From an uncultured Acidobacteriota bacterium (GTDB taxonomy: Bacteria > Acidobacteriota > Thermoanaerobaculia > Multivoradales > UBA5704): a DNA stretch of 64,000 nucleotides. The notes under the pieces were generated by a model that saw only the letters and a list, made by a program, of their open reading frames with translations, made no database searches and had not been told where the DNA came from. The stretch is from positions 5,088,001-5,152,000 of the forward strand of contig CAVYRF010000002.1 of assembly GCA_963770895.1 (NCBI GenBank), written 5' to 3'. Position numbers and translations under genes: made by a program. Shown here in pieces: positions 27,337 to 52,706 of this stretch; position 1 is the stretch's first letter; each line of letters begins with the position of its first letter.

Positions 27337-30300
27337 ATGCAAGGGTGCTTCGAAGGAATGGCGGTCCTCGGCCTGATGGCCTATGGACTGTGGGTGGGCA
27401 CCAGGCTGCGCGACGTGATGCGCGGCCTGGAGGAGGAGCGAGCCGCCCGGCTGGCTCTGGAGCGGCGCCTGCTGGCGATGGCGGCGCAGCTCGAGGCGGC
27501 CGGCCCCGCGCCGGCGGCAGACGCCGTGGCGGCGGCAGTGGCCGCGCCGGTGGCGGCAGCGGCAGGCGCCGTGGCAGCGCCGGCAGCGGCAGCGGCACCG
27601 GTAGCGGCTCCAGCGGCGGCAGCGCCCGCACCGACCGCCGCTCCCGCGGTCAAGGTCACGTCGGCGGCCGCGGCGGCCGCCGCTGCGGTGCGGGTGATGG
27701 CGCCGGCCGCGGTGGCGCCGGCGCGGATGGACGGTGCCGCGCAACAAACTGCCGCAGCGGTGCCGGGTGCCCCCACGCCGGTGGTGGTGCCGCCTGCCGC
27801 GACTCCCCTCCCGGCTGCGCCTGTCGTAGCAACGGCGATCCCACCCGAGGTTGCAGCTGCGTCTGCCGCTGCTGCTGCCGTCGATATCAAACCGGACCTG
27901 GCGGCCGTGAGGGCGGCGGTGGGGCAGGCCGCGGTGGGCGCTGCCGCTGGCCGCGAGGCAAGTCCGGCGACGACGGCGGAGGCGGCCAGCGCAACGGCGA
28001 CGCCGGTGCAGCCGGCATCCATCGGCGCCACGGGGGCCGGCGACTCGGCAGGGCGTGACGGGCGTCCGGGAAGGCCGACGGGAGGCGCCGGGAGCCCGCC
28101 GGCCCAGCGCGAGCGGTTCGATTGGGAGAGCTTCATCGGGGTGAAGTTGTTTTCCTGGGCCGCCGGGGTGCTGCTGGCGGTGTCGGCGGTTTTCTTTCTG
28201 CGCTACTCGATCGACCATGGATTTCTGACCACGCCGGTGCGGCTGGCGTTGGGTCTGGCGCTGGGAGCCGGGCTGCTGGTGGTCTGCGAGCTGCGGGTGG
28301 CGCGCAAGTACGCGGTGACGGCGAACGCGCTGGATGCGGCGGGGATCGTGATCCTGTTCGCGACGCTGTTCGCGGCGCATGCGCTGTGGCACCTGCTGGC
28401 AGCGCCGGCGGCGTTTGGGCTGATGATCCTGGTGACGGTGCTGGCGGTGGCGCTGGCGGTGCACCACGACTCGCTGTTCATCGCGCTGCTGGGCCTGTTC
28501 GGAGGATTCGCCACGCCGGTTTTGCTGTCGGCGGGGCAGGACCGGCCGCTGTCGCTGTTCGGCTACCTGCTGCTGCTCAACGCCGGGCTGGCGTGGGTGG
28601 CGCTGCGCCGGTCGTGGCCGTGGCTTTCGGTGCTGGCTCTGGTTTTCACCACGCTCTATCAGTGGACGTGGGTGGCGCGGTTCCTGAGCGCCGACAAGCT
28701 GCCGCTGGCGCTCGGCATCTTCCTGGTGTTCCCGCTGGTGGGGCTGACGGTGGCGGCGCGCGCGCGCCGGATCGCCGGTGGGGCCGGCGGCGGCGCCTCG
28801 ATCGTCGAGCGCTCGGCGGCGGTGGCGGCGACGATGCCGCTGGCGTTCGCCCTCTATGCGATGTCGGTGCGCGCCTACGGAGCGCATTTCGGGCTGCTGT
28901 TCGGGTTCCTGCTGCTGCTCGACGTCGCGCTCGCCGCGGTGGCGGCCTGGCGCGGCCCGCACCTGCTGCACGAGCTGGGCGCCGGCGCCACCCTGGTGGG
29001 CCTGGTGGTGTGGCTGAGCAGCTCGTACCGGTCGACGGCGTGGCCGGGGATCCTGATCTTTGTGTCGCTGTTCGTGCTGTTCTACCTGGCCGCGCCGGGC
29101 CTGGCGCGCCGGCTGGGGCGGCCGCTGGGCGATGCGGGGCGCCGGGCGGCGCTGGTGGCGCCGTGCTTTCTTTTGGCCCTGCCGGTGTTGGTGCACCTGG
29201 AGCCGGCGGCGGCGGCGCCCGGTCTGACGTTCGGCGTGCTGTTTGCCCTGATGGCCGCGGTGGCTGCCTATGCGCTCATCGAGCGGCACGGCGCGCCGCA
29301 CTTTATCGCCGCGTTCTTTGCCATCGCCGCCCAGGCGGTGTGGGCCGCCGAGCACCTGACGCCCCAGCGGCTGCTCGCGGGCATCGCCATCTTCGCGGTG
29401 TTCGGCCTGTTCTTTGCCGGCGTGCCGGTGTTGGCGCGACGGCTCGGACGCACGCTGGCGCCGCGCCAGGGCGGGGCGATCGTCCTGCTGTGCAGCCTGG
29501 CGCTGTTGTTCTTCCTGACCGCCGGCACGGTGGCGCCGGCGGCGCTGTGGGGCTTCGCGCTGCTGCTGGTGATCCTGCAGGCGGGGCTGATCGTCGAGGC
29601 GGCACAGATCCGCCAGCCCATGCTGGCGCTGGTCGGCACCGTGCTGTCGTGGATCCTGATCGGCATCTGGTGGTCGGCGGTGCCGCTCGCCGCGAGCCTG
29701 GTGCCGGCGCTGGCGTTGGTCGCCGGGTTCACGGTCTTCGGCCTGGGCGGCAGCGTCTGGCTGGCCCGCAAGGGCCGCGACCAGCACGACGCGGCGACCG
29801 CCGACCTGGCGGGCAACGGCGCCTACCTGGCGCTGGTCGGCCACGTCTTCATGCTGTTTGTCGCCAGCCAGCAGCAGCTGGCGCTGCCGCCCTGGCCGCT
29901 GCTCGGCGCGCTGGCGCTGCTCGACCTGGCGATCGGCGTGGCGGCGCTCTGGATGCGCCGCGCCGCGCTGTGGATCGCCGCCCTGGTCGTCTCCGACGCC
30001 ATCGTCGTGGTGTGGCTGCATCAGGCCGGCAGCGCGCCCTGGCCCGGGGTGGCGCTGGCCGCGAGCGCCACCGTGTCGGCCCTGGGCCTGGTGTGGATCG
30101 CGTTCGCCCGCCGCGTCGCGGGCGCCGCCGCCGGCGCACACGGTGCCCAGGGCGCCGGCAGCGTCCCCGGCGTCGCCGTGGCCTCCGATGGCGCCGTGGT
30201 CTCCGATGGCGCCGCCAACCCCCGAGCCTGGTCGAGCGGTTTTGCCGAGGGCGCGTCGGCGGTGCTGTTTCTGGGCCAGCTGGTCGCCGCGGCGACGACG

Positions 30301-31503
30301 GTCGGCGTGGCGGCGCCGTCGCTGGGCGCGGCGATCGTGGTGCAGGTCGCATCGCTCGTGGCGATCCTGGCGCTGGCAGGTGCCGCCGGTTGGCCGCCAC
30401 CGGCGCCCCTGTCGGTGGCCACGACAGCCGTCGCCGTGGGCGCCTGGCACGCCGGCGGCGCGCCGGTGGGCGCCGGGCATCCGTGGTGGACCGACCTGGT
30501 GTTCGCGGTTGCCCTCTACGTTCCCTACCTGCTCTACCCGGTGCTCCTGGGGGAGCGTGCGCGGCGGCTGCGCTCCCCCCACCTGGCGGCGGTGCTGGCG
30601 AGCGTGCCGTTCTTCCTGTTTGCCCGCGTCGCCCTGATCGAAGGCGGTTGGGGGGCCTGGATCGGCGTCCTGCCGGTGGCGCAGGCGCTCGCCCTCGGCG
30701 GTCTGCTGGCGACGGTGCGCCACATGGAGGCGGCGGTGCCGCCGGCGGAGCGCGATCGCGGCCGGCTGGCGCTGATCGCCGGCGCGATCCTGGCCATGCT
30801 GACGGTGGCGATCCCGCTGCAGCTGGACCGCGAGTGGATCACCATCGGCTGGGCCTTGCTGGCCGCGGCGCTCGCCTGGCTGTACACGCGCATCCCGCAT
30901 CGCGGTCTGCTGCTGTGGACGGCGGGCCTGCTGGCCGCGGTGTTCCTGCGCCTGGCCGTCAACCCGTCGGTGCTGGCGTACCATGCGCGCAGCGGCCTGC
31001 CGGTGTGGAACTGGTACCTGTACACCTACCTGGTCCCCGCCGTCGCCTTCTTCGTCGCCGCGCGGTTCCTGATCCGCGGCGGCGACCCCCGCCTGCCGGC
31101 ATTCGGGCGCCTGTCGGCGCTGGCCTCGGGCGCCGCGGTCGTGCTGCTGTTCCTGCTGGTCAACATCGAGATCGCCGACTACTTCTCGACCGGCGTCACC
31201 GTGACCTTTGGCTTCCTGGGCGGCAAGGTCGGCCTGGCGGAGAACCTGTCGTACACGCTGGGGTGGGGAATCTTCGCGATCTGCCTGCTGGTGGCGGGCA
31301 TCGCCCTGCGCAGCCGCCCGGCGCGCATCGCCGCGATCGCGCTGCTGCTGGCGGCGTCGCTCAAAGGATTCCTGCTCGACATGTCGCAGCTGGGCGGGCT
31401 GTACCGCGTCGGATCGTTTGCCGGCCTGGCGGTCTGCCTGGCCCTGGTCGCGGTGCTGCTGCAGAAGTTCGTGCTGGCGCAGCGCGACCAGGAGGCCCCT
31501 TGA
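27337..31503 (+). CDS. DUF2339-like large polytopic membrane protein
   Basis: Ala/Pro linker then WESFIGVKLFSWAAG...FFLRYSID, GGFATPVL, C-terminal FLLDMSQLGGLYRVGSF; start uncertain. Confidence 0.85.
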   Translation: MQGCFEGMAVLGLMAYGLWVGTRLRDVMRGLEEERAARLALERRLLAMAAQLEAAGPAPAADAVAAAVAAPVAAAAGAVAAPAAAAAPVAAPAAAAPAPTAAPAVKVTSAAAAAAAAVRVMAPAAVAPARMDGAAQQTAAAVPGAPTPVVVPPAATPLPAAPVVATAIPPEVAAASAAAAAVDIKPDLAAVRAAVGQAAVGAAAGREASPATTAEAASATATPVQPASIGATGAGDSAGRDGRPGRPTGGAGSPPAQRERFDWESFIGVKLFSWAAGVLLAVSAVFFLRYSIDHGFLTTPVRLALGLALGAGLLVVCELRVARKYAVTANALDAAGIVILFATLFAAHALWHLLAAPAAFGLMILVTVLAVALAVHHDSLFIALLGLFGGFATPVLLSAGQDRPLSLFGYLLLLNAGLAWVALRRSWPWLSVLALVFTTLYQWTWVARFLSADKLPLALGIFLVFPLVGLTVAARARRIAGGAGGGASIVERSAAVAATMPLAFALYAMSVRAYGAHFGLLFGFLLLLDVALAAVAAWRGPHLLHELGAGATLVGLVVWLSSSYRSTAWPGILIFVSLFVLFYLAAPGLARRLGRPLGDAGRRAALVAPCFLLALPVLVHLEPAAAAPGLTFGVLFALMAAVAAYALIERHGAPHFIAAFFAIAAQAVWAAEHLTPQRLLAGIAIFAVFGLFFAGVPVLARRLGRTLAPRQGGAIVLLCSLALLFFLTAGTVAPAALWGFALLLVILQAGLIVEAAQIRQPMLALVGTVLSWILIGIWWSAVPLAASLVPALALVAGFTVFGLGGSVWLARKGRDQHDAATADLAGNGAYLALVGHVFMLFVASQQQLALPPWPLLGALALLDLAIGVAALWMRRAALWIAALVVSDAIVVVWLHQAGSAPWPGVALAASATVSALGLVWIAFARRVAGAAAGAHGAQGAGSVPGVAVASDGAVVSDGAANPRAWSSGFAEGASAVLFLGQLVAAATTVGVAAPSLGAAIVVQVASLVAILALAGAAGWPPPAPLSVATTAVAVGAWHAGGAPVGAGHPWWTDLVFAVALYVPYLLYPVLLGERARRLRSPHLAAVLASVPFFLFARVALIEGGWGAWIGVLPVAQALALGGLLATVRHMEAAVPPAERDRGRLALIAGAILAMLTVAIPLQLDREWITIGWALLAAALAWLYTRIPHRGLLLWTAGLLAAVFLRLAVNPSVLAYHARSGLPVWNWYLYTYLVPAVAFFVAARFLIRGGDPRLPAFGRLSALASGAAVVLLFLLVNIEIADYFSTGVTVTFGFLGGKVGLAENLSYTLGWGIFAICLLVAGIALRSRPARIAAIALLLAASLKGFLLDMSQLGGLYRVGSFAGLAVCLALVAVLLQKFVLAQRDQEAP

Positions 31504-32579
31504 TCCGCCGCGCCGCCCTGGCGCTCGTCGGCTTGCTGGCGGCACTGCAGGCTCCGGCGGCTCCGGCGGCTCCGGCGGCGATGCAGCCCGGTGCTTCCGC
31601 GGCTGCCGGGTCATCCGCGCCGCCGGCGATGCAGACCGGTTCTTCCGCGGCTGCCGGGTCATCCGCGCCGCCGGCGACCGCGGCCTCCGGCTCAAGCCCG
31701 GAGCTGGCGCCGCTGCCGCCGCCGCAGACGGGGGCGCCGCTGGCGACCGGCATCTTCCGGTTCCGCCGCGGCATCCGCGGCGCGCCACCGGGGGTGGTGG
31801 CGCTGCCGCTGGATGCGGCAGTGTTGGCGCACGCCGCCGCCGACCTGGGCGACCTGCGCATCGTCGACGCCGCCGGGCGCCAGGTGCCCTACATCCTGGA
31901 CCTGCGCGCTGAGCCCGACTGGCTGGCGCTGGGCGCCGTGGCCCGCCAGCCGGCGCAGGACGGCGACGCGCCCGGCTCGACCCGCTACGCCATCCGGCTG
32001 CCCTATACAACCCTGCCGCGGACGCGGCTGGTGCTGACCACGCCGGTGCGGGTCTTCGAGCGCACGGTGCACCTCTGGCAGGCGCCGCCGGCCGGCCGCG
32101 GCCGGACGCCGGACGGGAACGGGGACGGCGGCGCGCGGGAGGTGGCTGTCGCCATCTGGCGGCATGCGGACCCGGCGACATCGGCGCCGCCGTTGGTGCT
32201 CGACCTGCCGGCAGCCGGCGGCGCCTGCCAGCTCACCCTCGACGAGGGAGACAACGCGCCGCTGCCGCTCGATCCGCCGCGCCTGCAGCTGCCCGCCTAT
32301 CAACTGCGCTACGTCCAACCTGCCGGCGGCAGCCTGCGCCTGTTCTACGGCGCGCCGGACCTGGCGGCGCCGCGCTACGACCTGTCGCTGTCCAGCGCCG
32401 CACTGCTGGCGCGCACCGCGCCCGAAGCCACCCTGCTGCCGGAGCCCCACGCGGCCGACGTGCCCGACGCCGACAGGGCGCCGCGCACGGTGTTCTGGGT
32501 CGCCCTGGCCGTGGCGGTGGCGATCCTGCTCGGCTTGCTGGCGCGGCTGCTGCGCGAGCCGGCCCTGGCGCAGCGGTAG
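31500..32579 (+). CDS. DUF3999-like exported protein with C-terminal membrane anchor
   Basis: TTGA overlap with previous stop; DLRIVDAAGRQVPY, GDNAPL, LFYG...APRYDL; C-terminal TM. Confidence 0.8.
   Translation: MIRRAALALVGLLAALQAPAAPAAPAAMQPGASAAAGSSAPPAMQTGSSAAAGSSAPPATAASGSSPELAPLPPPQTGAPLATGIFRFRRGIRGAPPGVVALPLDAAVLAHAAADLGDLRIVDAAGRQVPYILDLRAEPDWLALGAVARQPAQDGDAPGSTRYAIRLPYTTLPRTRLVLTTPVRVFERTVHLWQAPPAGRGRTPDGNGDGGAREVAVAIWRHADPATSAPPLVLDLPAAGGACQLTLDEGDNAPLPLDPPRLQLPAYQLRYVQPAGGSLRLFYGAPDLAAPRYDLSLSSAALLARTAPEATLLPEPHAADVPDADRAPRTVFWVALAVAVAILLGLLARLLREPALAQR
31578..31673 (+). repeat. Intragenic 48-bp tandem duplication
   Basis: Encodes AMQPGASAAAGSSAPP / AMQTGSSAAAGSSAPP. Confidence 0.85.
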
Positions 32580-32665
32580 GGTCAACAGCGGGCTGGGGCA
32601 AGGTCGCGCGCTCCCCGCCCGTCGGCCTGGCACTCCGGCTCGGGGCCGCGGTCTGACTATCACCT

Positions 32666-32790
32666 CTAATCGAAGAGGAGCGCCAGGAGCGCATCCCGGT
32701 CCATGCGATGATGCCGCGCAACGTCGCCGAGCACCGCCGAGAGGGTACCTACGCGAAGGGGACTGTGGCGGGGGATGGTGACGTGATGCA
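32666..32790 (-). pseudogene. 3' fragment of HicA-family toxin
   Basis: HHVTIPRHSPLRVGTLSAVLGDVARH...DALLALLF matches HicA C-terminal half; N-terminal GSH motif and hicB absent. Confidence 0.7.
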
Positions 32791-32952
32791 GAGGGCCTCG
32801 ACGTCCTTGGCCGGGAAGGTGAAGCTGGTGCTGTTGGGGCGGGTCACCCAATAGTCGGTGCCCTTGGGGATCGGTCTGCTTTTTTCGGGCATGACAGCCA
32901 TGGTGATCAGGGCGAGAGCGAGCGCTGCCGAGGCGACATACGATCTGTTCAT
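32749..32952 (-). pseudogene. 5' fragment of a secreted protein joined to the hicA fragment
   Basis: GGAGG RBS, signal peptide MNRSYVASAALALALITMAV, then PIPKGTDYWVT...; reads out of frame into hicA sequence and stops at 67 aa. Confidence 0.55.
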
Positions 32953-33088
32953 GGATTGCTGACCTCCGAGGATTGGAGCATTGCTTGGTGACCGCGCAAG
33001 CCGGCTCACGGCTCCGGCAGGACGGCGATGGGCGGTGGAGGCCTGCCCGGCGGCCCGCGCGCCGCAGTGCCGGCGGTCGCGCAGAGTT

Positions 33089-35584
33089 TCATTCGGCCTC
33101 CCCGGTCAGGGCTTGAGCGAGCGGCAGGCGGACGCCCGGCGCCCGGCGCGGCAGCGCCGCGAGGAGCGCCCCCGAGCTCGCGAGCGTGAGCAGGCAGGCG
33201 CTGAGCAGCGCCAGGCCGACCAGCAGCCCGAGGTGCCGGATGGCGGGCACCTGCGATAGCCCGAGCAGCCCGAAGCCGGCCGAGATCGCCAGCGCGTCGA
33301 TGAGGATCGACGGCCCCGCCGCGGCCGCCGCCACCCGGCCGGCGTGCGGCGCCCCGGCGTTTTCCGCCGCCTCGAAGCGCGAGAAAAAGTGGATGCCGTA
33401 GTCGATGCCGATGCCCAGGGTGACGGCGCAGAACATCGACGTCGCGACGCCGATCGGGATGCCCAGCCAACCCATGACCCCGAACGTCCAGACCACGGCC
33501 GCCGCCGTGGGGGCGATGCAGGCGAGCCCCGCGCGCAGGGAACGGAAGAGGAGCGTGGTGATCAGCAGGTTGCCGGCGACGGCGAGCGCCAGCGAGCTCA
33601 ACTGGGTGCGCACGATCGCCGGGATCATGGCCTGGGAGATGGCGACGTCGCCGGCCAGCTCGACGCGGCCGTGCACCGGGGCCAGCAGCTGGCGTTCGAG
33701 CCGGCGCAGGGCTGCGATCAGCCCGGCCGTCTGCCGGTAGTTGGCCGCCTTGAGCAGCAGGGTGACGACGGTGCGGCTGAATCCGTCGTCGATCAGCTCG
33801 CGGCGGCGGGCCTGGCCGCGGACGTTGCCGATGCGCCGGGTGTAGAGGTAGATCCAGGCGGGGTCGTCGACGATGCGGCGGAAATCTTCGTCGCGGCCGC
33901 CCCAGAGAAACGCCGTGGTTGCGAGCTGGCCGGCCAGGCCGCTGACGCCGCCGACCTCCGGCAGCGCGCGCAGGGAGCGCTCGAAGCGTCCGAGCGCCTC
34001 GACCGCCTGGCCCGCGAGCAGCGGGCCGCTGGCCGCGGGGATGGCCGGGACCTGGTCGGCAGGCGGGTCGAAGGTGACGATCGCGCGCAGCACGTGGGTG
34101 CCGGCGAAGCGCCGGTCGATGCGCTCGGTCGCCTGGCGCAGCGGGTTGCGCGGCGCGAAGTTGGCGATCCAGGAGTCCTGGACCTGGAGCCGGAAGATCC
34201 CCAGGCCGGAGAGCGCGGTGAGCGCGGCAAGCAGCGGCAGGGCCCACCGGGGCCGTGCCCCCAGGGCGGTCGCGCAGCGCGCCAGCAGCGACGGCGGCCG
34301 GCAGGCTGCGGCCGGCGGCCCGGCGGCGGCAATGGCGTGCGGGCGCAGCGCCACCAGCGCCGGCGTGGCGACCACCGCCCAGACCAGGCAGAACAGGGCG
34401 CCGCAGCCGGTGAACAGGCCGAAGCTCGACACCGGCCGGATCGGCGAGGTGAGAAAGGAGAGGAATCCGGCGGCCGTGGCGACCGAGGTGAGAACGATCG
34501 GGCGGCCCAGCTCCGCCAGGGACTGGCGCAGAGCCGCGATCGGCGGCTGGCCGGCGGGGCGGTGGCGATAGCGCCACAGCAGGTGGATCTCGTCGCACAG
34601 ACCCACCGTGGTCAGCAGCACGGGCGTCACGGCGGTCGTCAGGTAGACCGGCTGGCCGCACCAGCCGATGAGGCCGAAGGTGAAGATCAGCGCGGCGCCG
34701 ACCTTGAGCAGGCCCAGGCAGGCCCCCCATGGGCCGCCGCACGTCGCCCACAGGGCCACCGTGATCACCACCAGGGCGAGCGGCAGGAGGAGGGCGAGGT
34801 CGCCCAGGACCTGCTCGCCCAGCAGAGCCTCGGCCGCGGGAGCGCCGACGACCGAGACGCGGTCGGTCGAAGTCTGGTACGGCCGCGCCGTCGCGGCCAC
34901 CCGGTGATAGAGCGCCGCTCGCGTATCGCCGGCACTGCCGGCAGCGGGTGCGCCGCCTCCGCCGGCGGCGCCGCTCCCGCTGACCCCGCCGGCATCGGGC
35001 CGCGGCAGCCCCACCACGATGGCCGCGGCCCGCCGGTCGAACGAAACCAGGGTGCCGGCAAAGAGGTCGACGGCCGCCACGTCGCGGCGCACCTGGGCGA
35101 GCTGCTCGGGGGTGCGTGGCGGTGGATCCAGCAGGCCGCGCGGCATGCCGGTGCCGGGCAGGAAGCTGCCGCCGACCTCGGTCGCCAGGCTCTCCACCGA
35201 CTCCCTGCCGACGCCGGGCAGGGCGGCCAGGGCGTCCGTCAGCCGCCGCAGGCGGTCGAGGCTGTCCGGGTTGAAGATGCCGTCCGGGTGGGCGGATTCG
35301 ATGACGACCAGCAGCGGATCGCGCAAGCCGAAGATCCGGCGGGCGGCGCGGTCGGCGGCGACGGCCGGAGCATCGGGCGGCGCCAGGGCCTGGCCGTCGG
35401 TGTCGAGGCGGAGCCGGAAGAGCCCCGGCGCCATGGCCGCCAGGAGGGCGACCATGAGGGCGAGCGCCGCCCGCGGCCGTCTGGCCGAAGCCCAGCCCAG
35501 GCGCGCCCCCCAGTGGAGCCGTGGCGCGTGCTGCCATCCGCCCTGCCAGCCGGGCGCGGTTCGGGTCGATGAGGTTTTTCCCAC
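33089..35584 (-). CDS. MMPL/RND family transporter
   Basis: Two repeats with GLCDEIHLL and GIGIDYGIHFF, AAGFLSF / AGFGLLGLS; co-oriented downstream of NRPS. Confidence 0.9.
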   Translation of the reverse strand: MGKTSSTRTAPGWQGGWQHAPRLHWGARLGWASARRPRAALALMVALLAAMAPGLFRLRLDTDGQALAPPDAPAVAADRAARRIFGLRDPLLVVIESAHPDGIFNPDSLDRLRRLTDALAALPGVGRESVESLATEVGGSFLPGTGMPRGLLDPPPRTPEQLAQVRRDVAAVDLFAGTLVSFDRRAAAIVVGLPRPDAGGVSGSGAAGGGGAPAAGSAGDTRAALYHRVAATARPYQTSTDRVSVVGAPAAEALLGEQVLGDLALLLPLALVVITVALWATCGGPWGACLGLLKVGAALIFTFGLIGWCGQPVYLTTAVTPVLLTTVGLCDEIHLLWRYRHRPAGQPPIAALRQSLAELGRPIVLTSVATAAGFLSFLTSPIRPVSSFGLFTGCGALFCLVWAVVATPALVALRPHAIAAAGPPAAACRPPSLLARCATALGARPRWALPLLAALTALSGLGIFRLQVQDSWIANFAPRNPLRQATERIDRRFAGTHVLRAIVTFDPPADQVPAIPAASGPLLAGQAVEALGRFERSLRALPEVGGVSGLAGQLATTAFLWGGRDEDFRRIVDDPAWIYLYTRRIGNVRGQARRRELIDDGFSRTVVTLLLKAANYRQTAGLIAALRRLERQLLAPVHGRVELAGDVAISQAMIPAIVRTQLSSLALAVAGNLLITTLLFRSLRAGLACIAPTAAAVVWTFGVMGWLGIPIGVATSMFCAVTLGIGIDYGIHFFSRFEAAENAGAPHAGRVAAAAAGPSILIDALAISAGFGLLGLSQVPAIRHLGLLVGLALLSACLLTLASSGALLAALPRRAPGVRLPLAQALTGEAE

Positions 35585-35674
35585 ACGTATGTAGGCGTTG
35601 CAGAAAGTATGGTGTTACAGGAGCGGCTCACCTGCAGGTGGGGCCGCTGCCGGCGCGCCCGACGCTGAGTATGG

Positions 35675-51130
<15,456 letters not shown>

Positions 51131-51277
51131 GTGGTCCGGGACCTCCGAGGGTAGGACAGAGGGTACCGCACGGACGCGACACCAACCGCGCGCCAGGCGG
51201 CGCCTTTTCGCGGCGTTGCGTCATGCTTCGGGGTCGCCGGGCGCCGGCGGCGGCGCACTGTCTGTTAGGGTTGGGGC

Positions 51278-52690
51278 ATGGCCGACCTGTTGGCGGCGCG
51301 CAGCCAGATGGCGGGGTCGCTGGCGTTCCACATCGTGTTTGCGGTGGCGGGGATGGCCATGCCGCTGATGATGGTGGCGGCGGAGGCGTGGTGGCTGCGC
51401 TCCGGCGATCCGCTGCTGCTCGACCTGACGCGGCGGTGGGCCAGGGGGACGGCGATCCTGTTCGCGGTGGGGGCGGTGTCCGGCACCGTGCTGTCGTTCG
51501 AGCTGGGCCTGCTGTGGCCGCGGTTCATGGAGCTGGCGGGACCGGTGATCGGGATGCCGTTTTCGCTGGAGGGCACGGCCTTCTTCACCGAGGCGATCTT
51601 CCTGGGCATCTACCTGTACGGTTGGGGGCGGGTGCCGCGGCGGGCGCACCTGGCCGCCGGGGTGATGGTGGCGCTGTCGGGGCTGGCGTCGGCGGCGTTC
51701 GTGGTGTGCGCCAACGCCTGGATGAACACCCCCGTCGGCTTCCGCCTGGCGACGGCGGGGGCGGCGCCGGGCGCCGGGCCGGTCTTTGCCGGCATCGACC
51801 CGCTGCGCGCCATGGTGAGCCCGGCGGCGATGCCGCAGGCGGCGCACATGGTCCTGGCGGCGTATGCCGCGGTGGGGATGGGCGTCGCCGGCTTGCACGC
51901 CGCGGTCCTGCTGCGCCACCCCGGCGACCGCTTCCACGCCGCGGCGCTGGCGGTGGCGCTATGGGTCGGCGCCCCCGCCGCGCTGTTGCAGCCGCTGTCG
52001 GGCGATGCGCTGGGCCAGATGCTGGGGGCGCGGCAGCCGGTCAAGCTGGCGGCGATGGAGGGCCAGTGGCAGACCCAGGCGGGGGCGCCGCTGCGCCTCG
52101 GCGGCTGGCCGGACGAGGCGCACCACCGGACGCGCGGCGCCCTGGAGATCCCGCACGGCCTGTCGCTGCTCGCCTACCACGACCCGGACGCCGTGGTGCG
52201 CGGCCTCGACGACGTGGCGCCGGCGGACCGCCCGCCGGTCGCCGCGGTGCACCTGTCGTTCCAGGCGATGGTGGGGCTGGGATCGGCGATGGCGGCGATC
52301 GCCGCCGCGGCCCTGGGGCGCGGCTTCCTTTTGGCGCGGCGCCGGCGGCGGCAGGGGCGGGGCGGCGGCCTTTGGCAGCTGCCGCAGGAGCGGTGGCTGC
52401 TGTGGCCGCTGGCGGTCGCGGCGCCGTTCGGCCTGCTGGCGATCGAAGCCGGCTGGATGGTCACCGAGCTGGGGCGCCAGCCGTGGATCGTGCAGGGGCT
52501 GCTGCGCACGCGCGACGCGGTGACGCCGATGCCGGGCCTGGCGGTGCCCTTCGCGGCCGTCATGACGATCTACCTGTCGCTGGGCGGTGTGGTGGCGGTC
52601 CTGCTGCGGCGGCACGTGCGCGCGACCATGCCCGCCGCGCAGGCACAGGCCGGTCGCGGCGCCGGCGCGCCGCCGGCCGCGGGACATTGA
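51278..52690 (+). CDS. cydA: Cytochrome bd ubiquinol oxidase subunit I (short Q-loop)
   Basis: FHIVF, FAVGAVSG, EGTAFFTEAIFLG, QPVKLAAMEG, GWMVTELGRQPW. Confidence 0.95.
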   Translation: MADLLAARSQMAGSLAFHIVFAVAGMAMPLMMVAAEAWWLRSGDPLLLDLTRRWARGTAILFAVGAVSGTVLSFELGLLWPRFMELAGPVIGMPFSLEGTAFFTEAIFLGIYLYGWGRVPRRAHLAAGVMVALSGLASAAFVVCANAWMNTPVGFRLATAGAAPGAGPVFAGIDPLRAMVSPAAMPQAAHMVLAAYAAVGMGVAGLHAAVLLRHPGDRFHAAALAVALWVGAPAALLQPLSGDALGQMLGARQPVKLAAMEGQWQTQAGAPLRLGGWPDEAHHRTRGALEIPHGLSLLAYHDPDAVVRGLDDVAPADRPPVAAVHLSFQAMVGLGSAMAAIAAAALGRGFLLARRRRRQGRGGGLWQLPQERWLLWPLAVAAPFGLLAIEAGWMVTELGRQPWIVQGLLRTRDAVTPMPGLAVPFAAVMTIYLSLGGVVAVLLRRHVRATMPAAQAQAGRGAGAPPAAGH

Positions 52691-52706
52691 GTCGGGCGGC
52701 GCACGC

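Noticed and set aside
27277-32181. 1634-aa antisense ORF and the first ~1126 codons of the 28122-32579 ORF
   Set aside because: Arg/Gly/Ala-rich off-frame translation of the DUF2339-like gene; only 31500-32579 looks coding
32666-32851. Intact HicAB toxin-antitoxin system
   Set aside because: Only the HicA C-terminal half is present; no credible start and no hicB
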